A DNA stretch of 64,000 nt, taken from Acidimicrobiales bacterium. Its GTDB lineage: Bacteria > Actinomycetota > Acidimicrobiia > Acidimicrobiales > Aldehydirespiratoraceae. Below, one piece after another: positions 17,737 through 25,247 of this stretch. A program made the translations under genes and the position numbers. The stretch is from assembly GCA_965207755.1 (NCBI GenBank), contig OZ242297.1, positions 2,789,816 to 2,853,815 on the forward strand, written 5' to 3'. Each line of letters opens with the position of its first letter. Position 1 is the stretch's first letter. The notes beneath the pieces were generated by a model. That model made no database searches. It saw only the letters and a list, made by a program, of their open reading frames with translations, and was not told where the DNA came from.

Positions 17737-18753
17737 TCAGCGGGCCGACAGCTGCGCCAGCCGGGCGACCAGAACCTCCAGCACCAGTTCGTCGGGCCAG
17801 TCGACCGTTCCCCTGAGGGCGAGGTCGGCAGCGGCCAGCAGCCGGACGGCCCGGGCGATCCTCTCCGAGCCCAGCCTGCGGGTCTGGCCCAAGATCTTGC
17901 GGGCCGGGAACGTCGATCCCTTCATGCCGAGGATCTCCGCGGCCTGGCGCTCGTCGGCCGCGCCCGCGCCGTCGAGGCGCAGCATCCTCTGGTAGCGGCC
18001 GTGCAGCGCGGCCAGCAGCTGGAGAGGATGGCGCGACGGCAGCAGGCGGTGCAGCACCCTCAGCGCCCCGGCGATGTCGCCGCGGTCGACGGCGTCGTCG
18101 AGATCCCAGGGCAGCACGGAGCCCGGATCCCCGCCGTAGAGGGCCACGTCGCCGGCGGTTACGGCCGCTCCCGGGCCCAGCGCACCCTCCAAGGTCCGCA
18201 GCAGCCCGACGATGTTGCCGCGGTCGGCCCCCACGAGGTCGTCGACGGCGGCCGCCGCGGCCGGCTCGAAGCTCAGGCCCGACTGCTCCAACTGCTTCTT
18301 GAGCCACTTGTGGGCCTCGGACCGGCCCCTGGGCGGGGTCACGTCCAGCGAGACGCCCCCGGCCGCCTGCACGGCGTCCTTGAGCGCCTTGGGCACCGCC
18401 GGCAGGCGGCCGCCCATCACGGGGTCCACACCCCGCTCCCACACCAGCACCAGATCGGTGGTGGCGGGCAGCGTCCCGAGCAGGCGCACCAATCCGTCGC
18501 AGTCGCGGGAGCGGGCGAACCGGGTCAGATGGCGTCCCACCACCACCCGGCGGGAGGTCAGGAACGGCTGCGTCTGGGCCGCGTCCACCAGCGGGGCGAG
18601 ACGCCACCCGCCGTCGGGGTCCCGGAGGCCGGCCTCGTCGATCTGTTCCAGGGCCAGGCTGCGGTCCTGGTCGCCCAGCGTCTCCTTGACGATCCTCGCC
18701 ACCGCCTCGGCCACCAGCACGGGGTCGTCGCCGGTGACGAGTCGGACGCTCAT
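17737..18753 (-). CDS. holA: DNA polymerase III delta subunit (HolA)
   Basis: The protein begins MSVRLVTGDDPVLVAEAV and contains PFLTSRRVVV. ATG 18753 overlaps the comEC stop (ATGA). The position in the comEA-comEC-holA synteny supports the call. Confidence 0.8.
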   Translation of the reverse strand: MSVRLVTGDDPVLVAEAVARIVKETLGDQDRSLALEQIDEAGLRDPDGGWRLAPLVDAAQTQPFLTSRRVVVGRHLTRFARSRDCDGLVRLLGTLPATTDLVLVWERGVDPVMGGRLPAVPKALKDAVQAAGGVSLDVTPPRGRSEAHKWLKKQLEQSGLSFEPAAAAAVDDLVGADRGNIVGLLRTLEGALGPGAAVTAGDVALYGGDPGSVLPWDLDDAVDRGDIAGALRVLHRLLPSRHPLQLLAALHGRYQRMLRLDGAGAADERQAAEILGMKGSTFPARKILGQTRRLGSERIARAVRLLAAADLALRGTVDWPDELVLEVLVARLAQLSAR

Positions 18754-20534
18754 AGTGGCCGGATGATACGGCCACCCGGCCCGCCGCCGCGGGTGATCTC
18801 GACAACCAGTCCGGGAGCGTCGGACACGACCTCCACATGCACTGCGCCGACCCGGACAGTGTCGCCCGCCCGGACGGTGCGCGCTCCCGGCACCCGGTGC
18901 ATGGGCGGGGCCACCGCCGCCGCCGTCCGGTAGCGGTCCGTGAGCGCCAGCACCGCGTGGGCGTCGGACGCGCCGCCGCTGGAGGCCACCACCAGGTCGA
19001 CGCGCCGCACGCCCGCGAGCCGAAGCGACTGCAACAGATCCCGGGGCCGGGCCTGCTCGTCGAGGACGACCACCACCGCGGACTCGTGCCGGAACAGCCG
19101 AGCACCGCCGGCCTCCGACCAGCCCAGCGGGGGCGACGCCGCCGCCAGCACGCTGACCGCCATGACGACCGTCACCATCACCGCACCCCCGGCACCCAGC
19201 GGCCCGGCTCGCTCCAGCCTGCGGGACACCAACACCAGAGCCACCCCGGCTCCCACCAAGGCAGCGCTGCCCGCACCGAGCATCGCGGGGGGCGCGGCCG
19301 CGGCGGCCGCGGCGACGCTTCGCACCCACCACAGCAGCGCGGCGGTGGGCCGGTGAATCAGCCATGCGACCGGCTCGCCGGCCAGACCGGCGCCCAGCCC
19401 GCCGGTGAGGCCCCACATCATCACCGGCGCGGTCGCGGGTCCCGCGATCACGTTGGCAGGCAACGAAGCCACGGGAACGACGCCGAACACAGCCACCAGC
19501 AGTGGCATCACCGCCAGCTGGGCCCCGGCGGTAGTGGCCGCGGCCAGTCGCAGCGGGCGGGGGCCGGGCAGCATCTCGGCCAGCGGGGGCGTGATCCACA
19601 GCAGCCCGCAGGTGGCGCAGACCGAGAGCTGGAAGGCCAGGACGCGTATCAGGAAGGGGTCGGCCACCAGCACCGCGGCCACCGCCCAGGCCAGGGTCCG
19701 CCGTCCGGTCTCGGGCTGTCCGAGCGCCGCGCTGGTTACGGCCACCCCCGCCATGGTCACCGCCCGCAGCACCGACGGCTCGAAGCGGGTCAGCACCGCG
19801 AACACCGCCAGCAGCGCCAACAGCACGATCAGGCGGACACCGGGACGGGCCCGCACGGCCAGCGGCGACGCCAGCGCCAGCACGAAGGCCACGTTCTGGC
19901 CCGACACCACCAGCAGGTGCCCCAGCCCGGCGGCGCGGAAGTCGTCGTAGAGGCGGGGCGACTGGCTGCGGTCGTCGCCGTAGACCATCCCCGCGAACAT
20001 GGCCCGGCTGTCGTGGGGCAGGCCGGCGGCGCCCGACTCCAGCAGCCGCCGCACGCGGTTGGTGAACGCTCCCAGGGGCGCGGCGCCGGCCCGGTCTCCG
20101 ACGGCGTCGACGTTCAGGGTCGCGGCCACGTGCCGCCAGCGGTGCCAGTCGCCGGCGGCGGGCCGGGCGGCGCCCGAGACGTACACACGCTCGCCGGCCA
20201 GGGCGTCGTCCAGCCGGGCGGCCACCGCTCCGTACGCCCGGGCCTCGACGCGGGCGTCGCCGTGGCGGACCGTGACCCGGATCCCGTGGGCGCCCAGCGG
20301 CCTGGGATCGTCGAGCAGGGTGACCCACCCCTCCAGCGGACCGTCGGGCGGATCGGCGAGCCCGTCCAGCGCCTTGGAACCGAAGAAGCCGGCGAAGGCC
20401 GCGAAGGCGACCATCACGAGAAGCGGGCTCGGCCGCCACAGGCAGGCCCCGGCGAGCACCACCGCCACAGCCGGCGGGACGCCGACCAGCAGCCACGACC
20501 CCAGCGCGGCGCCAGCCGCGGCCGCGTAGGGCAT
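18750..20534 (-). CDS. comEC: competence protein ComEC/Rec2 (DNA internalisation channel)
   Basis: The protein is polytopic (MPYAAAAGAALGSWLLVGV...GLGHLLVVSGQNVAF...). The start is ATG 20534. The frame stays open upstream through the 75-bp array to GTG 20996. Confidence 0.85.
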   Translation of the reverse strand: MPYAAAAGAALGSWLLVGVPPAVAVVLAGACLWRPSPLLVMVAFAAFAGFFGSKALDGLADPPDGPLEGWVTLLDDPRPLGAHGIRVTVRHGDARVEARAYGAVAARLDDALAGERVYVSGAARPAAGDWHRWRHVAATLNVDAVGDRAGAAPLGAFTNRVRRLLESGAAGLPHDSRAMFAGMVYGDDRSQSPRLYDDFRAAGLGHLLVVSGQNVAFVLALASPLAVRARPGVRLIVLLALLAVFAVLTRFEPSVLRAVTMAGVAVTSAALGQPETGRRTLAWAVAAVLVADPFLIRVLAFQLSVCATCGLLWITPPLAEMLPGPRPLRLAAATTAGAQLAVMPLLVAVFGVVPVASLPANVIAGPATAPVMMWGLTGGLGAGLAGEPVAWLIHRPTAALLWWVRSVAAAAAAAPPAMLGAGSAALVGAGVALVLVSRRLERAGPLGAGGAVMVTVVMAVSVLAAASPPLGWSEAGGARLFRHESAVVVVLDEQARPRDLLQSLRLAGVRRVDLVVASSGGASDAHAVLALTDRYRTAAAVAPPMHRVPGARTVRAGDTVRVGAVHVEVVSDAPGLVVEITRGGGPGGRIIRPL

Positions 20535-20580
20535 CGCCGCCCCGCCCCAACTCCGGCGGAGCCGCTCGACGGTCGAGGAT

Positions 20581-21030
20581 CGCCCACCGCCGCCCGATCC
20601 CCGACCTCGCCCCGCCCTCACGGGCCGCCCACCGTGGCCAGAGGACGGATCTGATCGCCCACCGCCGCCCGATCCCCGACCTCGCCCCGCCCTCACGGGC
20701 CGCCCACCGTGGCCAGAGGACGGATCTGATCGCCCGCCGCCGCCCGATCCCCGACCTCGCCCCGCCCTCACGGGCCGCCCACCGTGGCCAGAGGGCGGAT
20801 CTGATCGCCCGCCGCCGCCCGATCCCCGACCTCGCCCCGCCCTCACGGGCCGCCCACCGTGGCCAGAGGGCGGATCTGATCGCCCACCGCCGCCCGATCC
20901 CCGACCTCGCCCCGCCCTCACGGGCCGCCCACCGTGGCCAAGGGGCGGATCTGATCGCCCACCGCCGCCCGATCCCCGACCTCGCCCCGCCCTCACGGGC
21001 CGCCCACCGTGGCCAGAGGGCGGATCTGGT
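20581..21030. repeat. tandem repeat, 6 copies of 75 bp, spanning the comEA stop and the comEA-comEC spacer
   Basis: Units start at 20581, 20656, 20731, 20806, 20881 and 20956. The copies are nearly identical, and each contains ctcacgggccgcccaccgtggccagagg.cggatctg, which is the last 12 codons plus the stop of comEA. Confidence 0.95.
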
Positions 21031-21739
21031 CGAGCTTGGCCGGGCCGATGCCGGAGACCTCGACCAGCTCGTCGACCGTGGTGAACGGGCCTGACTGCCG
21101 GCGGTGCTCGACTATGGCGGCCGCCAGCGCAGGGCCGATGCCCGGCAACTCTTGCAGCGCGGCAGCGTCTGCGGTGTTGACGTTCAGCGGTGCGCCCGCC
21201 CGTCCACTTCCCGCTCCGGCGCCTCCCGCTCCGGCGCCGCCGCCCGCTCCTGCGCTGGCCGAGACGACCTCGGGTCCCGCCGACTCCCCGACAGCCGGCA
21301 CCCACAGGCGCGCTCCGTCGCTCAGCGGCTCTGCCAGGTTGAGCCGCATCCGGTCGGCCTCGGCGGTCAGCCCGCCCGCGGCCTCGACTGCGTCGGCGAC
21401 GCGGCTGGTGGCGGGCAGTTCGTGCAGGCCGGGCCTGACCACCGCCCCGACGACGTCCACCGCTATGCGTGCCGGGTCCGCCACCGGCGACGGACCCGGC
21501 ACGGGGATCTCCACCGAGCCGGCCATCGGCAGGATCTCGGCCGGGTCCGGGCCGGCAGGCGGGCGCAGCGCCCACCAGCCCCCGAGCGCGGCGGCAGCCA
21601 CCGCGAGCGCGCCGAGGACCACCGTCACCGGGGACACGCCCAGCCGATCGGCCAGCGCTCCCGGGGATGGCACCGCGAGCCGGCGGCCGCGGCCGCCGGC
21701 GGGTGGCGTACCCATTGCCTGTCCCCACGTCGCCTGCAA
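20993..21739 (-). CDS. comEA: competence protein ComEA (SLBB domain plus helix-hairpin-helix DNA binding)
   Basis: Diagnostic segment: LNVNTADAAALQELPGIGPALAAAIVEHRRQSGPFTTVDELVEVSGIGPAKLDQI. The start is uncertain (21739 or 21715). Confidence 0.85.
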   Translation of the reverse strand: MQATWGQAMGTPPAGGRGRRLAVPSPGALADRLGVSPVTVVLGALAVAAAALGGWWALRPPAGPDPAEILPMAGSVEIPVPGPSPVADPARIAVDVVGAVVRPGLHELPATSRVADAVEAAGGLTAEADRMRLNLAEPLSDGARLWVPAVGESAGPEVVSASAGAGGGAGAGGAGAGSGRAGAPLNVNTADAAALQELPGIGPALAAAIVEHRRQSGPFTTVDELVEVSGIGPAKLDQIRPLATVGGP

Positions 21740-21840
21740 TCAGGCCGACACAACTAAGGCGGCCGGCTAGCCGACAGTGAGAATAGCGCTCCCCGGCGCA
21801 GACCAGCACAGGGCGACTCGTGGCCTCCGGCCATGCGGCC

Positions 21841-21889
21841 GAACTTCAATGACTTAACCACCCCTGAGGTGGTCAACCCATTGAAGTTC
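21841..21889. terminator. 49-nt two-tier hairpin abutting the stop codon of the thioredoxin-like gene
   Basis: The outer 11-bp stem is GAACTTCAATG / CATTGAAGTTC and the inner stem is ACCACC-cctga-GGTGGT. There is no U-tract. The architecture matches the GAATTGGCAGC hairpins elsewhere in the window. Confidence 0.5.
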
Positions 21890-22613
21890 AGAACAGGGCT
21901 GTCGAGAGCCGCTTGCGCCAGGCCGAGGTGCGGGGGTCGTCGGGCCCGAGCACCTCCAGCAAGTCGACGAAACGCCGCCGAGCGTCCTCGTCGGCCTTGA
22001 CGGCGGCCAGCAGCCCGGCCAGCTCGTCCTCGATCTCCGGTGCGCCGCCGGCCGGAGCATCGCCCGAATCCTGAACCCGGGCTAGGGCGACCAAGCGACG
22101 GGTCTCCGGCGTCTCGGGGACCCGTTCCAGCAAGCCGACCGCCTCGGCGGCGCGGCCGTCGTCGACGAGGAGCGCGGCCAGGGCAGTCACCGCGGCCGCG
22201 TTGTCGGCCTCGATCTCGAGGGCAGCCCGCAGGGACGCCTCGTCCCCGGCGGCGATCAGCCCCTCCATCTCGGTCGTCTCCGGCGTGGGCAGCAGTCGCT
22301 GCACGAACTCGCGCACCGCGGCCTCGCCCTGGGCGCCGAGGAAGCCGTCGGCCACCTGGCCGTCCACCATGGCGTATACGGCCGGGATCGACTGGACCCG
22401 GAACGCCTGGGCCACGCCCGGGTTCTTCTCGATGTCCACCTTGGCCAACTCGACCGCGCCCCGGGTCTCGGCCACCACCCTTTCGAGCAGCGGGGTCAGC
22501 TGCCGGCACGGCTCGCACCAGGAGGCCCAGAGGTCCACGATCACCGGGACGGTCCGGGACCGGTCGACCACTTGGGCTTGGAACGTGGCGTCGGTAACGT
22601 CGGCCATCGTCAT
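21888..22613 (-). CDS. thioredoxin-domain protein with a TPR-like C-terminus (YbbN/CnoX-like)
   Basis: The thioredoxin segment is VIVDLWASWCEPCRQLTP...VDIEKNPGVAQAF.VQSIPAV, followed by a helical Ala-rich C-terminal half. Confidence 0.85.
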   Translation of the reverse strand: MTMADVTDATFQAQVVDRSRTVPVIVDLWASWCEPCRQLTPLLERVVAETRGAVELAKVDIEKNPGVAQAFRVQSIPAVYAMVDGQVADGFLGAQGEAAVREFVQRLLPTPETTEMEGLIAAGDEASLRAALEIEADNAAAVTALAALLVDDGRAAEAVGLLERVPETPETRRLVALARVQDSGDAPAGGAPEIEDELAGLLAAVKADEDARRRFVDLLEVLGPDDPRTSAWRKRLSTALF

Positions 22614-22684
22614 CGCAACGTATCGGCCACCGCGCCGGATTCAGCCCACCGCCAATTCAGCCACCCCCACACCCGGAGGCAGCC

Positions 22685-23713
22685 ATGAAGATCGACGCCT
22701 GGATCGGACTCCCCGAGGCGTCCAGCAGCCACGAGCTCGCCGCCGTCGGCGGCCGGGCCCGGATGATGGAGCAGGACGGCTACAGCGGGCTGCTGTCGGC
22801 CGAGACCAGCCACGACCCCTTCCTGCCCCTGGCGCTGGCGGCCCAGCACACCGAGCGGATCGAGTTGATGACCGCCGTCGCGGTGGGCTTCGCCCGCAAC
22901 CCGATGGTGCTGGCGCACGTCGCCTGGGACCTGCAGGCGCTGTCGCGGGGGCGGTTCCTGCTCGGGCTGGGCAGCCAGATCCAGGCCCACATCACCAAGC
23001 GCTTCTCGATGCCGTGGTCGCGTCCGGCGGCCCGCATGGAGGAGATGATCCAGGCGATCCGGGCCATCTGGGACGCATGGCAGACCGGGGAGCGCCTCGA
23101 CTTCCGGGGCGAGTTCTACCGCCACACCCTGATGACCCCCATGTTCAGCCCCGGACCCATCGACGCGCCGCCGCCGCCCATCCTGATCTCGGCGGTGGGG
23201 CCGCTGATGACCAGGGTGGCGGGCCGGGCCGCGGACGGGCTGGTGTGCCACGCCTTCCAGACGGCCGAGTACCTGCGGGACGTGACGATGCCGAACGTGC
23301 ATGCCGGGCTGGCCGAGGCGGGGCGGGACCGGTCCGGCTTCCAGATCTCGATGCCGGTGTTCGTGGTGTCGGGATTCCACGAGGAGGAGGTCGCCGCCCA
23401 GGCGGCCCGGACCCGCCAGCAGATCGCCTTCTACGGATCGACGCCCGCCTACCGGGGCGTGCTGGAGCACCACGGCTGGGGCGAAGCCCAGACCGAGCTC
23501 AACCGCCTGTCGAAGCGGGGCCAGTGGGTCGAGATGGGCAACGTGATCGACGACGGCATGCTCGGCGCCTTCGCTGTCGTGGCCGAGCCCCACGAGGTGC
23601 CGGAGCGCATCGCCGAGCGCTTCGGCGGCAGGCTCGACCGGCTCCAGTTCTACGCCGGCGTGAGGGACAAGGACCGCTGGGGCCCCATCATCGAGGAGAT
23701 CAAGGCCGCCTAG
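22685..23713 (+). CDS. luciferase-like monooxygenase family, probable F420-dependent oxidoreductase
   Basis: Family-typical segments are RIELMTAVAVGFARNPMVLAHVAWDLQALSRGRFLLGLGS and FRGEFY. Confidence 0.8.
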   Translation: MKIDAWIGLPEASSSHELAAVGGRARMMEQDGYSGLLSAETSHDPFLPLALAAQHTERIELMTAVAVGFARNPMVLAHVAWDLQALSRGRFLLGLGSQIQAHITKRFSMPWSRPAARMEEMIQAIRAIWDAWQTGERLDFRGEFYRHTLMTPMFSPGPIDAPPPPILISAVGPLMTRVAGRAADGLVCHAFQTAEYLRDVTMPNVHAGLAEAGRDRSGFQISMPVFVVSGFHEEEVAAQAARTRQQIAFYGSTPAYRGVLEHHGWGEAQTELNRLSKRGQWVEMGNVIDDGMLGAFAVVAEPHEVPERIAERFGGRLDRLQFYAGVRDKDRWGPIIEEIKAA

Positions 23714-23763
23714 GCCCCTCGGTGGGTTCGCCCACGCCCGACCGCTAGCCTGTCGGCATCCTC

Positions 23764-23836
23764 GGGGCTATAGCTCAGTTGGTAGAGCGCTTCCATGGCA
23801 TGGAAGAGGTCAGGGGTTCAATTCCCCTTAGCTCCA
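23764..23836 (+). tRNA. tRNA-Ala (anticodon GGC)
   Basis: The cloverleaf is GGGGCTA TA GCTC AGTTGGTA GAGC G CTTCC ATGGCAT GGAAG AGGTC AGGGG TTCAATT CCCCT TAGCTCC A. The G3:U70 identity pair is present. CCA is not encoded. Confidence 0.95.
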
Positions 23837-23871
23837 CGGATCCGGGCAGCTGAACGCATCCGTCATGCGGA

Positions 23872-24891
23872 TCACGGTTTCTCCGACATACCACTAGTGT
23901 CGGCTTCCCGGCCGGGGTGGATCCTGGTGCCGGTGCGCAGGTCATGGACGGCGACGGTGCCGTCGGCGAGTTCGACGATGTGTCGGGCTCGTGTGACCTC
24001 TGGGGCTCCTGGCGCCAAGGCATCGAGTTCGCCAGCAGCGATGGCTGTCACCGATGTCGCGGCCTGCGCGATGCGCGGCGCCATCGCCGCGACGGTGTCC
24101 AGGTCGATGTCGGGACGGTCTGCGATGTAGGTGCCGGCAGCGCGCCAGATACTGAGATCTCCATAGGGCTCGTCGCCGCGGGCGACGGTGTTGGTCTCTA
24201 GGTCGGCCAGCGCGCTGTGGACGTCATCGGTGCGGGGGCCCGCCAGCGGCACCAGCAAGTCGATGCGATGCTTGTGCGGTGCCGGGGTTCCCTGGGAAGC
24301 CGCCAGGGCCTTCAGGGCGGTCTCGGCAGCCATCGCGCCGGCTGCGCAGACATCGATCAGCCGCCAGCGGGTCGCGTGGTCGTTGGGGGGCTCCAAGGCC
24401 TCCCAGTCTTCGGGCAGCATCCGGGCTCGCATCGAATGCAGCGCCTTGCTGGCCTCGTCCAAGCGGCCTAGGGCCTCGTCAGTGTTGTTGTCAGCCAAAC
24501 CGATCTCCTTGTCCCATCGCACCGCCCCGGCGGGACAGTCCACCAACATGACCGCCGACGATGCGATCCCGGCCTCAAACGACGCCGACACCTCCTTGGT
24601 GCGGCGGCGCCACTCGGCCCGATCGGTAACGAACACCTCCACGGGACTGTCCACCACACCCTCAGCAGCAGCACGCAAAGCACTGCGAACGCCGAGCCGT
24701 TCGCGGTAGTCGAGGTCATCGAATATGGCCACCAAATCGATGTCGCTGCCAACCTTCGCGCTGCCGCGGGCCACCGACCCGAACAACAGCACCTGTCCCA
24801 CACCAGCCGCAGCCAGACACTCAGCAACTCGCTGAGCCTCTTGGGCAGTCGGTGCCGACGCGGTCGCGGCGGTCGCGGTGGCCACGATCAC
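23872..24891 (-). CDS. fused minimal nucleotidyltransferase (MNT) + HEPN-domain protein with an uncharacterised C-terminal extension of about 100 aa
   Basis: The NTase motif is VLLFGSVARGSAKVGSDIDLVAIF. The HEPN-like helix pair is AAETALKALAASQG...HKHRIDLL. The gene ends 36 nt from tRNA-Ala. Confidence 0.7.
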   Translation of the reverse strand: MIVATATAATASAPTAQEAQRVAECLAAAGVGQVLLFGSVARGSAKVGSDIDLVAIFDDLDYRERLGVRSALRAAAEGVVDSPVEVFVTDRAEWRRRTKEVSASFEAGIASSAVMLVDCPAGAVRWDKEIGLADNNTDEALGRLDEASKALHSMRARMLPEDWEALEPPNDHATRWRLIDVCAAGAMAAETALKALAASQGTPAPHKHRIDLLVPLAGPRTDDVHSALADLETNTVARGDEPYGDLSIWRAAGTYIADRPDIDLDTVAAMAPRIAQAATSVTAIAAGELDALAPGAPEVTRARHIVELADGTVAVHDLRTGTRIHPGREADTSGMSEKP

Positions 24892-25106
24892 AGCCTACTC
24901 GGCTGGCAATCTCCGTTCGGGCGCTGACGGCGCTCGGCATCACCCTGCCGAGACTCGAACTCTTTATGGGCGCGGCCCTGATCCTGGCCGTCGATGTCCG
25001 GATCCAGATGTCCGGATCCAGCTGAGGCGCGAGTCGATCCATGGGACTCGATAGCGCTCGCGGCTACGGTTCGGGCACCAGTCCTGGTCCTGGGAGCAGG
25101 ACACGG

Positions 25107-25221
25107 CGCCCGAGGAGATCTGTTGGCTGACCGCAAGTCGTTCTGGGCTTCGTGCATGGAATCCGAGGAGCCCTCCCATGCCGACCGGGCCGCGCTGGCG
25201 GCCAAACTGTCGAAGCGGTAC
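25107..25221 (+). pseudogene. orphan copy of the ribosome-binding site plus first 33 codons of the FAD-oxidase gene (paralogous to 28645-28759)
   Basis: Hand alignment over 115 nt gives about 10 mismatches. The copy retains GAGGAG and the TTG start (25123). It encodes (L)ADRKSFWASCMESEEPSHADRAALAAKLSKRY and then diverges into the antisense of the permease gene. Confidence 0.65.
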
Positions 25222-25247
25222 TGGACGTCGCCAGCACAGGCCCATGT

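Noticed and set aside
20581-21030. Possible CRISPR array, given its regular repeats
   Set aside because: The 75-bp units are contiguous with no unique spacers, there are no cas genes, and the unit is a copy of the comEA 3' end. This is a tandem duplication, not a CRISPR array.
18750-21809. A 1,019-aa ORF that appears to fuse comEA-region sequence, the 75-bp array and comEC
   Set aside because: The part upstream of 20996 overlaps the well-supported comEA gene in a different frame and is low-complexity Arg/Gly. Only 18750-20534 is credible as ComEC, possibly extended to GTG 20996.
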